In this document: positions 29,342 to 38,933 of the stretch, piece after piece
How positions within the stretch are numbered: position 1 is the stretch's first letter
Layout of the letters: the number at the start of each line of letters is the position of its first letter
NCBI GenBank assembly: GCA_041664625.1
Contig: JBAYKK010000002.1
Span: 7,755 to 71,754 of the forward strand
Origin: Minisyncoccota bacterium
GTDB taxonomy: Bacteria > Patescibacteriota > Minisyncoccia > Phycocordibacterales > WO2-35-19
Reading direction: 5' to 3'
Length of the DNA stretch: 64,000 nucleotides
The notes under the pieces: model-generated
Told to the model about the DNA's origin: nothing
Databases searched by the model: none
What the model saw: the letters and a program-made list of their open reading frames with translations, nothing else
Program-made: the position numbers and the translations under genes

Positions 29342-29456
29342 GTAAGATACAAATATACGAATGGTGCGAATGAAACAAATAGTTAAATCATACGAATCAA
29401 AAAATTTTATTTGTAGTCATTAGTATCATTTGTATAATTAGTATATTAGTATCATT

Positions 29457-30002
29457 ATGTCAAAACAACAAACACAAGAAAGTCGAAATTGGTATGCTAT
29501 CCATACCTACTCTGGCTATGAAAATGCCGTTTTAAGGAACTTGAAACAGCGCATTGAATCTTTGGGCATGGAAGACAAAATCTTCAATGTTTTGGTGCCA
29601 GTGGAGAAAAAAATAAAAATAAAAGGTAATAAACGAGTAGAAGAAGAGGAAAAAATCTATCCGGGTTATGTCTTGGTAGATATGATAGTGACTGATGATT
29701 CTTGGTATGTCGTCCGTAACACTCCTCGTGTGACTGGTTTCGTCGGAGCGGGAGTTTTCCCAGTGCCACTTGATCCCAAAGAAGTAGAAGAACTTTTCAA
29801 GAGGATGAGTTCTGAGAAGGTCAAACACAACATTGATCTTTCGCTTGATGATGCGGTAAAGATTGTTGATGGGCCATTCAAAGATTTGGAGGGCAAAGTT
29901 GGGGAAGTAGATGAGGAACGAGGCAAGGTCAAAGTCTTGGTGCCTATGTTTGGCCGTGAGACTCCGGTAGAATTGGACTTCTTGCAAGTTAAAAAGATTT
30001 AA
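29457..30002 (+). CDS. nusG: transcription termination/antitermination factor NusG
   Basis: NWYAIHTYSGYEN NGN domain, C-terminal KOW (KVGEVDEERGKVKVLVPMFGRETPVELDF). Confidence 0.9.
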   Translation: MSKQQTQESRNWYAIHTYSGYENAVLRNLKQRIESLGMEDKIFNVLVPVEKKIKIKGNKRVEEEEKIYPGYVLVDMIVTDDSWYVVRNTPRVTGFVGAGVFPVPLDPKEVEELFKRMSSEKVKHNIDLSLDDAVKIVDGPFKDLEGKVGEVDEERGKVKVLVPMFGRETPVELDFLQVKKI

Positions 30003-30019
30003 GGTAAGGTATAACCCGT

Positions 30020-30439
30020 ATGGCAAAAAAAATAACAAAAAAAATAAAATTGGTTATAACGGCTAAAAAGGCCACTCCAGCACCTCCAGTAGGTACTGCG
30101 CTTGGTCCAGCTGGTATAAACATTGGTGAATTCGTCACCAAATTCAACGAGGCCACCAAAGACATGGAAGGTTTGGTGCCAGCCGAAATTACTGTTTATG
30201 AAGACCGAACTTTTGATTTCGTATTGAAAACTCCTCCGGCTTCGAGCCTCATAATGAAAGCTTTGGGTATCGAAAAAGGAGCTGGTAAAGCACCTAGTCA
30301 AAAAGTGGGCACTATCACTAAAAAACAACTAGAAGAAATCGCTCAAATAAAAATGGTGGATTTAAACGCTAACGACTTAGAGGCAGCTGTCAAAATAATC
30401 GCTGGTCAGTGTAGGAGTATGGGCGTTGAGGTGAAATAG
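30020..30439 (+). CDS. rplK: 50S ribosomal protein L11
   Basis: [29 protein letters not shown] motif. Confidence 0.9.
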   Translation: MAKKITKKIKLVITAKKATPAPPVGTALGPAGINIGEFVTKFNEATKDMEGLVPAEITVYEDRTFDFVLKTPPASSLIMKALGIEKGAGKAPSQKVGTITKKQLEEIAQIKMVDLNANDLEAAVKIIAGQCRSMGVEVK

Positions 30440-30446
30440 GCAACCT

Positions 30447-31112
30447 CTATAAAAGATATTTTTCTATATCTAATAAATTATTTAATTGTAGACATTCTAC
30501 GTTTGAATCGGGAGTTTTTAGGTTTACCAAAATGCTTTGAATCCCAAGTTTTCTGGGTTGTTCGTAGTCGGAAGACACTCGATCACCAATATAAAGAAAA
30601 TTTTCTGTTTTATAATCTGAATAAAAACTGAACCATAAATTAAACGCAGAAAGATCAGATTTTGATCCGTTATCTGCTGTAATAACATTTGAAAAAGTTT
30701 GTTTGGGAATTTCTAATTTCTCTAATTTAATTGTTGCATTGCTTTTATTTGATCCAGTAATCAAATCAATAAATTTATATTTGGTTTTTAGATTATTTAG
30801 CAAATCAAGCACTTTTTTATTTGGTTTCAGAAATTTGGCAATTGGAGCGTTTTCCAATGCTTCCTGAATTATTTCTCCGGCTCTTTCAATAGGGAATCCA
30901 AGGACAACAAGACTCTTGCTTCCACTCAAACCTTTTCCTTTTTTATATAAACCATCAAATTTTTTTCTCGCAGTTTCTTTATCCATTTTAAAATTTTTAG
31001 CAATTTGATCATAAATATATGTTTGTATAGCATCATCTATTTCTGGTGATTTTGGATAAAGTGTTTGATCAAGATCAAAACCGATTATTTTTATTTCATT
31101 AAAATCTTTCAT
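30447..31112 (-). CDS. HAD-superfamily hydrolase
   Basis: Motif I FDLDQTLY, later K and DxxxD-like motifs. Confidence 0.7.
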   Translation of the reverse strand: MKDFNEIKIIGFDLDQTLYPKSPEIDDAIQTYIYDQIAKNFKMDKETARKKFDGLYKKGKGLSGSKSLVVLGFPIERAGEIIQEALENAPIAKFLKPNKKVLDLLNNLKTKYKFIDLITGSNKSNATIKLEKLEIPKQTFSNVITADNGSKSDLSAFNLWFSFYSDYKTENFLYIGDRVSSDYEQPRKLGIQSILVNLKTPDSNVECLQLNNLLDIEKYLL

Positions 31113-31202
31113 TTATTTAAGTATTTTGCCATAAATATTGAGTATAATCTAGTTTTACATTTAATTGTTAAACAGGTAATCTGTGGGCAGAGAGGAAAAT
31201 AT

Positions 31203-31841
31203 ATGCAAATCATTAAACATGAGCTTTTGTCTAAAACTGAGTTATTGAGACGTCTCAAAGAAACTCGATTGAGAGGTTTTGATAAATTTCCTGTGTATCA
31301 AAATGCCACCTTGGAAGTTTTGGAGCAGGTTGATACGGAATTGTTGGTTCCCCCACAAAAGTATGTGTTGGTGGAAGGGGTCAAGACCATTTTGGATTTA
31401 GCCAGAAAATTTGCCGAAAGAGGAGTAGACATTTTTTCTTTGCAGGGAGCTCTTTTGTTTTGGCTTGAAGGATCTGATCCAGACAATGATCCACCCATTC
31501 CGTTTCTCCCGCCGGTGGTGGAAGAATCTTGGGAAAAAGATGAGCGAATGGTACCGCTCATTAACGATGGTATGCACCGAGTGTATACTGCTCGTAAGTT
31601 GGGGCGAAAGATCAACATTGTTTTGGTCAGAAATGTTCCAAAGGAATATCCTTACTACGCCTATGCGTTGGCGGATGGTTGGTCTCAGGTGGAGGAAATT
31701 CCAGAGCTTACGGATGGATACAAGAAAAAAGAGTATCGTAATCCGGATAATTACAAAGCTTTGTTCAGGGATTTCAACGCTGTGTTTGAAGGGGTTCAGA
31801 AGGATCGGAAAAAAACCAATCCGATTGAAATCAAGGCGTGA
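31203..31841 (+). CDS. ParB/sulfiredoxin-like domain protein (hypothetical), GC-enriched island gene 1
   Basis: In-frame ATG 31203 (MQIIKHELL) with RBS; LINDGMHRVYTARKLG resembles ParB/Srx DGHHR..A..LG motif. Confidence 0.5.
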   Translation: MQIIKHELLSKTELLRRLKETRLRGFDKFPVYQNATLEVLEQVDTELLVPPQKYVLVEGVKTILDLARKFAERGVDIFSLQGALLFWLEGSDPDNDPPIPFLPPVVEESWEKDERMVPLINDGMHRVYTARKLGRKINIVLVRNVPKEYPYYAYALADGWSQVEEIPELTDGYKKKEYRNPDNYKALFRDFNAVFEGVQKDRKKTNPIEIKA

Positions 31842-31924
31842 GTGCTTGTGTGTGGGGTCGTATCATACGGCCCCACTTTCTTTTTATATAAAAAAATGTA
31901 AGCTAGTACTCAGAGGAGAACTTT

Positions 31925-32539
31925 ATGGGATTTCAACGACCATCTTGGGACGAAATGTTTATGCTCAACGCGATTCTTGCTGGAGTGAGATCGTCGTGTC
32001 TTGTTCGGCAAGTTGGAGCTTCACTCGTGAAAGGAAAGAGGATTGTCGCTTCTGGATACAATGGCGCACCAAAGAATGTAATCACTTGTCTTGATAAGGG
32101 AGAGTGTTACTATCAGCGCCTTGCCTACGACGATTCGCTAAAGGGGCACGGAGACTTCACTGTTCTTAAAGAAGAGCGGAAACAATTTTGTAGTGCTATC
32201 CATGCAGAACAGAATGCTCTGAACCAGTGTCTGGAACACGGGGTGGAACCAAAAGGATCAACTCTATTTGTGACTAACGATCCTTGTCCGGGGTGTACGA
32301 AAAACATCATTCAAGCAGAAGTTGCTAAGGTTGTTGTTTGGAAAGATTATCTTCGTAATAAATTACTCACGGAAGATGAGTATAGTGTATCTCGGTACTG
32401 GCTAGCTCAAGCAGGTGTGGCGGTGACCAAACTGGATCTTTCAAGAGAAAGAATTCAGGAAATATTTTCTCTTGCACTGTCAGTTGGTGATCGGACCTTG
32501 TATCAATTTGTTGGTATGCTCACACCTCCCCAATCTTAA
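31925..32539 (+). CDS. dCMP deaminase family (cytidine/deoxycytidylate deaminase, ComEB-like)
   Basis: PSWDEMFM, C..RQVGA..V, GYNGAP, HAEQNAL and PCPGC zinc ligands. Confidence 0.85.
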   Translation: MGFQRPSWDEMFMLNAILAGVRSSCLVRQVGASLVKGKRIVASGYNGAPKNVITCLDKGECYYQRLAYDDSLKGHGDFTVLKEERKQFCSAIHAEQNALNQCLEHGVEPKGSTLFVTNDPCPGCTKNIIQAEVAKVVVWKDYLRNKLLTEDEYSVSRYWLAQAGVAVTKLDLSRERIQEIFSLALSVGDRTLYQFVGMLTPPQS

Positions 32540-32606
32540 TGATTGCGGGAGGTGGTTTTTTTATAATATAAAAAGTGGTATAAACAATCAGGGAGGATCT
32601 TTGATT

Positions 32607-34109
32607 ATGAAATTTGAACCACTGTATTATGAGGGGCGTCTCAGGGTGGTAAACCCTGAAGGTGATGTGGGCGTAGTAACTCTGTGGTCTAAGGTTGATT
32701 CGGCTATTCAAGTAATGTTGGAAGCTGGAGTCGACCTCTGTGAACAAACTTCGCGGGTTGCGATAGTGGCTAACCTATACGGTAATGGGTTGCAACAAAT
32801 GCTTCGTAACTTGCTATGGAATCCGCAGATTCAGCATATCTTAATTTTGGGGAAGAATCTGTCAGGCTCGCAGGAATCGCTCGTCAACTTTTTCGCATAT
32901 GGTCTGGAGGAAGTTGAATTTTTGGGAGCAAAGGCCTTTCAGATTCGTAATACCACCAGAAAAATTGATGGAGAACTGCAGGCAGACCGTTTCAAATCGG
33001 TTCCAAAGTTTTCTGTCTTGGGAGACTTGGGGAGTTCTGAAACTAAGGATGGGTTGGTGAAGTATTTCCAAAATCTTCTGACCCGTTTTCAAGGTGAAAT
33101 GGTACGCATTGAACCGCCACCAATTCCTGAGCCCGTTATTACTCGTTTTCCGTCTGAAGTTCGGTCACAGACGATTGTTCGGCGGACACCAATGGAGGCA
33201 TGGTCGGAACTGATTTTCCGTCTGTATCGTTTTGGTCATCGCAATAAAGTGACCAAAAGGACGGGAGAAGAGACTCGGATCGAACTTCTGAACACTCATG
33301 TGGTAGTGGAAGAACCATTTGAGGAGACGGAAAAATGTCTTTCTGAGTATGGTTTTAGTTTGGAAAAGTTTAGAGAATATCAGGATCGTTTCTTGGATTC
33401 TCAAAAACCTTCCGATCTTGACTACACTTACGGCAATCGATTGCGTGGACATTTCCATCGGGGCGATGTGATCGTTGATTCGCCACTCATTGTCGCTGAT
33501 CGGCTTCGAGAGTCGCCAGACTCTCGTCACTGTTATATTGCTCTTTGGGATAATCGACTAGATTTGCCCGAAGGCACTAAGTGTCCATGTTTCGTTTCTG
33601 CTTTCTTTCGTCATTTTGATGGCAAGCTCAACTTGACGGCAAACTTTCGAACTCACAACGCTATGGATGCTTGGCCAGAAAACCTTTATGGTCTGATGGC
33701 ATTACAGCGTTTCGTGGCTGGGCATGCTTCAATGCAAGTTGGACCCATCACAGTGATTAGCCACTCCATCAGCATTGATCCTATTGCTTTGGAAAAAGCG
33801 AAAGGAGTGGTTGAAAACAAAAAGACAGATGAGGTTATGGATCCTTCGATCGGAAAGTATGGTCCAAGAATGGATCCAAACGGGGAATTTACAGTTACTT
33901 TGGACACCATTTCATTTGAAATAGTTGTCGAACATTCCTACGGTGGAATGAAAATCGGAGAGTATAGAGGCAAAACTTCCGAAGAAATCGAACGACAGCT
34001 GGCTCGAGATGTGGCACTTTCTCAAATTTCCCATGCTCTTTACTTGGGGCGAGAATTGGCTCGTAAACAAATCCAGCTGGATGCAATACGAGCAAAAAAG
34101 CTTCTTTAA
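32607..34109 (+). CDS. fusion protein: ~220-aa N-terminal domain of unknown function + C-terminal thymidylate synthase (ThyA) family domain
   Basis: ATG 32607 with GGGAGG RBS; ThyA-family motifs KRTGEETR (RTGTGT-like), YGNRLRGH (YG..WR), PDSRH (PDSRR), KCPCF (PCH Cys nucleophile), DGKLNL, FRTH (QRS), NLYGL (NIASY). Confidence 0.7.
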   Translation: MKFEPLYYEGRLRVVNPEGDVGVVTLWSKVDSAIQVMLEAGVDLCEQTSRVAIVANLYGNGLQQMLRNLLWNPQIQHILILGKNLSGSQESLVNFFAYGLEEVEFLGAKAFQIRNTTRKIDGELQADRFKSVPKFSVLGDLGSSETKDGLVKYFQNLLTRFQGEMVRIEPPPIPEPVITRFPSEVRSQTIVRRTPMEAWSELIFRLYRFGHRNKVTKRTGEETRIELLNTHVVVEEPFEETEKCLSEYGFSLEKFREYQDRFLDSQKPSDLDYTYGNRLRGHFHRGDVIVDSPLIVADRLRESPDSRHCYIALWDNRLDLPEGTKCPCFVSAFFRHFDGKLNLTANFRTHNAMDAWPENLYGLMALQRFVAGHASMQVGPITVISHSISIDPIALEKAKGVVENKKTDEVMDPSIGKYGPRMDPNGEFTVTLDTISFEIVVEHSYGGMKIGEYRGKTSEEIERQLARDVALSQISHALYLGRELARKQIQLDAIRAKKLL

Positions 34110-34111
34110 AA

Positions 34112-34155
34112 TGGTCCGTCGCTTCTATTTGGAGTGACGGGCCTTCTTTTTTAAA
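34112..34155 (+). terminator. rho-independent terminator ggtccgtc...gacgggcc + TTCTTTTTT closing the GC-rich island
   Basis: 8-bp stem with one G-U wobble then U-run. Confidence 0.5.
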
Positions 34156-34190
34156 ATAGAAAAAAATCAATTATGTGGTATATTTTGGGC

Positions 34191-35399
34191 ATGAAAGATA
34201 CACAAATTAAAAAACTAATAGAAAGTGAAAAGAAGAGACAAAAGCAAGTCATAAACCTTATTGCCTCCGAAAATTATGTCTCCAAAGATGTGCTGGAAGC
34301 GTTGGGCTCAGAGTTGACCAACAAATATGCCGAAGGTTATGCGGGCGCTAGATATTATGGGGGGAATGGGTTTGTGGATAAAATAGAAAATTTGTGTAAA
34401 GAAAGAGCACTCAAACTTTTTGGGCTATCAAATAAAAAATGGCATGTGAACGTCCAACCACTTTCTGGTTCACCGGCTAATTTGGCAGTTTATTTGGGCC
34501 TAGTGCCAGTGGGGGGCAAAATCATGGGTATGAATTTACAAGATGGAGGGCATTTAACACATGGCTACAAAGTTTCGATTACTGGTAAAGTCTGGCAACA
34601 AGTCCCTTTTGGAGTAGACAGTAAGACTGAGGTTATTGATTATGATGAATTGAAAAAAATGGCAATAAAAGAAAAACCTCAGATTATCGTGGCTGGGTTT
34701 ACGGCTTATCCAAGAATAGTTGATTTCAAAAAGTTTAGAGAGATAGCAGACTTGTCACGCCGAAGCGATGCGAAGGCGGATGCGCCGTATCTCATGGTGG
34801 ATATGTCGCATTTTGCTGGATTGGTGGCTGGCGGAGTCTACCCGACACCTTTCAAATATGCCGATGTGGTCACGACTACTACCCACAAAACTTTGCGTGG
34901 GCCAAGATCTGCCATGATTTTTTCTAAAATTGATGAGAGAGAAATTTATAAAAAAATAGACAAAGCGGTTTTCCCAGGGATTCAAGGCGGTCCACATTTA
35001 AATCAGATAGCAGGTATCGCAGTTGCTTTGAAAGAGGCTTCTGGCCCAAGTTTTCAAAAATACGCCAAGCAAATTATAAAAAATGCCGATACTCTAGCCA
35101 AAGAATTAAAAAAATTGGGTTGGCGAATAGTCTCTGGTGGGACTGATACGCACTTGATATTGGTAGACACTTGGATGGATGGGAAGGGGATCGGAGGCAA
35201 AGAGGCAAGTGATAAGTTGGAAGCAGCTGGGATTATAGTCAATAAAAATACTATCCCAGGGGATACGCGGTCACCGGTTGATCCATCTGGTATCCGACTT
35301 GGTACTGCCGCCGAAACTACTCGTGGCAAAAAAGAAAAAGACTTCGTAGTGATAGCTCAAAAAATCGATAAGGTTTTGAGATCAAAAATGGTAAAATAA
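34191..35399 (+). CDS. glyA: serine hydroxymethyltransferase
   Basis: ASENYVS, GYAGARYYGG, THKTLRGPR (PLP Lys) motifs; start chosen at MKDTQIKK. Confidence 0.9.
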   Translation: MKDTQIKKLIESEKKRQKQVINLIASENYVSKDVLEALGSELTNKYAEGYAGARYYGGNGFVDKIENLCKERALKLFGLSNKKWHVNVQPLSGSPANLAVYLGLVPVGGKIMGMNLQDGGHLTHGYKVSITGKVWQQVPFGVDSKTEVIDYDELKKMAIKEKPQIIVAGFTAYPRIVDFKKFREIADLSRRSDAKADAPYLMVDMSHFAGLVAGGVYPTPFKYADVVTTTTHKTLRGPRSAMIFSKIDEREIYKKIDKAVFPGIQGGPHLNQIAGIAVALKEASGPSFQKYAKQIIKNADTLAKELKKLGWRIVSGGTDTHLILVDTWMDGKGIGGKEASDKLEAAGIIVNKNTIPGDTRSPVDPSGIRLGTAAETTRGKKEKDFVVIAQKIDKVLRSKMVK

Positions 35400-35403
35400 A
35401 AGA

Positions 35404-35934
35404 ATGAAAATGAACGAAAGGAAAATTGCGATGGTTGATTTGGAAACCAGTGGGGACGTTTTTGGGGTGCATGAAATATTAGAGATCGGCCTGGTAGTTT
35501 TTGATCAAAATACTTTTGAAATAACAGATACTTTGAATGTAAAAGTTAAACCGCTTAATATCGAAAATGCAGTGCCAGCCGCTATTGCTAAAAATGGTTA
35601 TAAAGCAGAAGATTGGCAGGATGCAATTGATTTGAAAGAAGCAGTACAAATGTTTGCTGACAAAACTCACGATGCTATTTTTTGTGCTTACAACGCTACT
35701 TTTGATTGGGGTTTTATGAATGATGCTTTTAGGAAGACTGGGGTCAAAGATATGATGGATTATCACCGTTTAGATTTGCTCTCCATCGCTTGGGATAAAG
35801 GCTTAGCTAAAAATGAAAGTTGGAGTCTCAAAACCGCTTGCGATATGTTTGGTATTTCGCCTGAACCTGCTGTCCATAGAGCTTTGAATGGTGCCATGAT
35901 AGCGTATGAGCTTTATAAAAAACTCATGCAGTGA
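35404..35934 (+). CDS. 3'-5' exonuclease, DnaQ-like DEDDh family
   Basis: Exo I VDLETSG, Exo II FDWGF region, Exo III HRALNGA. Confidence 0.75.
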   Translation: MKMNERKIAMVDLETSGDVFGVHEILEIGLVVFDQNTFEITDTLNVKVKPLNIENAVPAAIAKNGYKAEDWQDAIDLKEAVQMFADKTHDAIFCAYNATFDWGFMNDAFRKTGVKDMMDYHRLDLLSIAWDKGLAKNESWSLKTACDMFGISPEPAVHRALNGAMIAYELYKKLMQ

Positions 35935-35948
35935 TGTAAAATAAATAT

Positions 35949-37631
35949 ATGAAAATTCAAGAAAAAATTAAAAAATGGATAAAAGAAACTTTGGAGATAG
36001 AAGGGGATTTTGTGTTGGCTCATCCCAAAGATTTGAAAAATGGTGATTATTCTTTCTTTGCTACGTCGAAGCTTTCAGCGAAAGCGAGTACTCCAGAAGA
36101 AGCGGTAAATATTTTAAATGAAAATAAAATTCCAGAAATAGAAAAAATAGAAGTAGTGGGCAAGTTTATAAATTTTTATTTATCCAAAGGTTTTTTTGTC
36201 GATTCGGTTAAAGAAATTTTAGATAAAAAAGAAAATTATGGCAAAAATAATTTGCTTGAGGGTCAAAAAATCTTGATTGAGCATACTCAACCCAATCCGT
36301 TCAAAGAATTTCATATTGGGCATTTGATGAACAATGCAGTAGGAGAATCAGTTTTTAGAATTTTGGATGCAAACGGAGCAGAGATTACGGCCGTTGGTTA
36401 TCATGGGGATGTGGGGCTTCACGTAGCCAAAACTATTTGGGGCAAAATGCAAAAACCGGAACTCTCTTGGGGAGAGGCTTATGCCTATGGTTCTCAAAAT
36501 TTTGACGATCATAAAATAGAGATAACCGAAATAAACAAAAAAGTTTACGAAAAATCAGATCAGGAAATAAATAAATTATATGAAAATGGTAAAAAAGATT
36601 GTTTAGATTATTTTGAATCGCTTTATAAAAGATTAGACAGTCATTTTGATTTTCATTTTTTTGAAAGTGAAACTGGGGAAGTAGGGCAGGCTTTGGTAAT
36701 GCAAAATGTGGGTAAAGTTTTTGAAAATGGTGAGGGCGGGGCGGTGATTTTCAAAGGTGAAAATTTTCAGCCCCAGACTCATACTCGAGTCTTCATAAAT
36801 TCAGAAGGTATTCCCACTTATGAAGCCAAAGAAGTAGGTTTGGCTAAAATTAAAAAGGAAAAATATGATTATGATAAATCCATTACTGTCACCGCTAACG
36901 AACAGGATGCATTTTTTGATGTGACTGAGGTGGCGATCGGTGAAGTGAGGCCAGAACTCAAAGGCAAACTCAAACATCTTTCACATGGTATGTTGCGATT
37001 ACCGAGTGGTAAAATGTCTAGTCGCACTGGAGAGGTGATTACTGCGGAAAATTTGATTGAGCAGGTGAAAGAAAAAGTTTTTGAAAAAATAAAAGATCGG
37101 GAATTTGATGAGAATGAAAAACAAGAGATTGCGGAGATAGTGGCGGTCGGTGCCATTAAGTATTCCGTCTTAAGGCAAGCTATCGGGGGAGACATTATTT
37201 TTGATTTTGATAAATCAATTTCATTCGAAGGGGATTCGGGCCCTTATCTGCAGTATGCTTGTGTGCGCGCTAATTCGGTTTTGGAAAAAGCTAAAGCAGC
37301 CAAAATGATTTCTTCTGTCGGCTTCGCTGATTTTCCTTCGGAAAATACGACTCTAGAAATCATTTTGGCTGCTTCCGCGACTGAATTAGAAAAAATATTG
37401 TATCGATTTGAAGAAGTAGTAGAGCGAGCAGGGCAGGAGTATGCTCCACATCATATCGTGACTTACTTGACCGAGCTCGCCAGTGTTTTCAATAGTTTTT
37501 ATGCTAATAATAAAATTATAGACGGGAGTGACACGACTTCACCTTATAAAATTGCTCTGACTACCGCAGTAGCTCATACTCTCAGATCCGGTCTCCATAT
37601 TTTGGGTATCAAAGTGCCGGAGAAAATGTGA
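35949..37631 (+). CDS. argS: arginine--tRNA ligase
   Basis: Class I HIGH (FHIGHLMN), C-terminal DALR anticodon-binding region ending ...VPEKM. Confidence 0.9.
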   Translation: MKIQEKIKKWIKETLEIEGDFVLAHPKDLKNGDYSFFATSKLSAKASTPEEAVNILNENKIPEIEKIEVVGKFINFYLSKGFFVDSVKEILDKKENYGKNNLLEGQKILIEHTQPNPFKEFHIGHLMNNAVGESVFRILDANGAEITAVGYHGDVGLHVAKTIWGKMQKPELSWGEAYAYGSQNFDDHKIEITEINKKVYEKSDQEINKLYENGKKDCLDYFESLYKRLDSHFDFHFFESETGEVGQALVMQNVGKVFENGEGGAVIFKGENFQPQTHTRVFINSEGIPTYEAKEVGLAKIKKEKYDYDKSITVTANEQDAFFDVTEVAIGEVRPELKGKLKHLSHGMLRLPSGKMSSRTGEVITAENLIEQVKEKVFEKIKDREFDENEKQEIAEIVAVGAIKYSVLRQAIGGDIIFDFDKSISFEGDSGPYLQYACVRANSVLEKAKAAKMISSVGFADFPSENTTLEIILAASATELEKILYRFEEVVERAGQEYAPHHIVTYLTELASVFNSFYANNKIIDGSDTTSPYKIALTTAVAHTLRSGLHILGIKVPEKM

Positions 37632-37780
37632 TTTTGCCACCAGCAAAATCATCCTGAGCTAAACAAATAATTTTGATTATTTTTTAGCGAAGGGTAAATT
37701 TTGCCACCAGCAAAATCATCCTGAGCTAAACAAATAATTTTGATTATTTTTTAGCGAAGGGTAAATTTTGCCACCAGCAA
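37631..37780 (+). repeat. perfect tandem direct repeat, 67-bp unit x2.2 (attttgccaccagcaaaatcatcctgagctaaacaaataattttgattattttttagcgaagggtaa)
   Basis: Units 37631-37697, 37698-37764 identical; partial third 37765-37780; between argS stop and next ATG. Confidence 0.9.
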
Positions 37781-37787
37781 TAAAAAT

Positions 37788-38054
37788 ATGAAAATATTAG
37801 TTAAAGCCAAGACGGGAGCCAAGGAAAGCAAAATAAAAAAACTGAAAGATTCTCAAAATCTTTTTGGTGAAATTAAGTCTGAGTTAGATACATATGCTGT
37901 TTGGGTCAAAGAGCGGCCAGTGGCCGGCCAGGCCAATCTGGCCATAATTAAGCTTTTGGCTGAATATTTTGAAATCTCTCAATCTGAGGTGGTTTTGGTT
38001 TCTGGCGCTTCAACCAAAACCAAGGTGTTTGATATAGTCAGTTTGCTAAGATAG
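37788..38054 (+). CDS. small conserved protein, DUF167/YggU-like
   Basis: 88 aa; KAK.GA....I....L.V....P..G.AN..II..LA pattern. Confidence 0.5.
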   Translation: MKILVKAKTGAKESKIKKLKDSQNLFGEIKSELDTYAVWVKERPVAGQANLAIIKLLAEYFEISQSEVVLVSGASTKTKVFDIVSLLR

Positions 38055-38065
38055 TCTCATTTGAT

Positions 38066-38132
38066 CCAGTAGTAGATTTTGACATTACACTTCATGCTGT
38101 GGCTTTGCCACGATGTCAAAATTCACTACTGG
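38066..38132. repeat. MITE-like palindromic element, copy D (TTGAT / TTGAC flanks)
   Basis: ccagtagtagattttgacat...atgtcaaaattcactactgg. Confidence 0.7.
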
Positions 38133-38133
38133 A

Positions 38134-38161
38134 TTGACAATAAAACGTTATTTGGTAGTAT
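38134..38161 (+). promoter_or_regulatory. promoter TTGACA-N16-(TGg)TAGTAT upstream of rpsS; -35 adjacent to MITE end
   Basis: Read directly. Confidence 0.4.
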
Positions 38162-38200
38162 ATTACCTATCCGCCCCAGGCGGATTAAATTTGTAATAAT

Positions 38201-38545
38201 ATGTCACGATCACTCAAAAAAGGCCCTTACGTTGACCCAAGGGTTATCAAAAAAATAGAAGGCAAAAAGCCTCAGGATACTGGGGTTATTAAGACTTGGT
38301 CTAGAGCTTGTACTATTTCACCAGAGATGGTGGGTTTCACTTTTGGCGTGCACAATGGCCGAGATCATATCGAAGTTTTCGTCACTGAAGATTTGGTAGG
38401 TCACAAATTGGGTGAATTTTCTTTGACTCGCAAATTTATAAAACACGGAGGAAAGATGCAAAAAGATTTGGAGGCTAAGAAAAAAGACGATGAAATAAAC
38501 GCTGCTAAAGCTGCTAAAGCTTCGGTGGATGCCAAGAAAAAATAA
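38201..38545 (+). CDS. rpsS: 30S ribosomal protein S19 with K/A-rich C-terminal extension
   Basis: SLKKGPYVD...[23 protein letters not shown] core. Confidence 0.9.
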   Translation: MSRSLKKGPYVDPRVIKKIEGKKPQDTGVIKTWSRACTISPEMVGFTFGVHNGRDHIEVFVTEDLVGHKLGEFSLTRKFIKHGGKMQKDLEAKKKDDEINAAKAAKASVDAKKK

Positions 38546-38560
38546 AATACTCAAAACAAA

Positions 38561-38929
38561 ATGAACGAAATAACCGCACAGCTAAATAGTTACAGACAAT
38601 CACCAAGAAAAGTGAGAGTAGTCGCAGATGCACTGAGGGGTAAGTCTATAAAAGAAGCCAAAAGTAGATTGGATTTTATAATCAAACGCGCTACTGGCCC
38701 ATTGCACAAACTGCTCAATTCAGCTGTCGCTAATGCCAAAAATTTGGGAGCCGATGTTGATAAACTTTTTGTTAAATCTATTTCAGTAGATGCCGGTAAA
38801 ATTTTATACAGAAGGATGCCAGTTTCTCATGGTTCAGCCCACACTATCCATAAACGCACTTCTCATATCAAAATAGTTTTGGCTGAGAAATTTAAAGCAG
38901 TAAAAAATAAAGATAATAAGAAAAAATAA
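38561..38929 (+). CDS. rplV: 50S ribosomal protein L22
   Basis: R.SPRKVR.V.D.IRGK pattern. Confidence 0.85.
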   Translation: MNEITAQLNSYRQSPRKVRVVADALRGKSIKEAKSRLDFIIKRATGPLHKLLNSAVANAKNLGADVDKLFVKSISVDAGKILYRRMPVSHGSAHTIHKRTSHIKIVLAEKFKAVKNKDNKKK

Positions 38930-38933
38930 TTTT

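Noticed and set aside
31465-32094. 209-aa alternative-frame ORF overlapping the ParB-like and deaminase genes
   Set aside because: It is out of frame with two motif-supported genes, and its composition reflects their GC-rich codons.
37631-37780. CRISPR array
   Set aside because: There are only 2.2 identical 67-bp units with no unique spacers and no cas genes. It is a simple tandem duplication.
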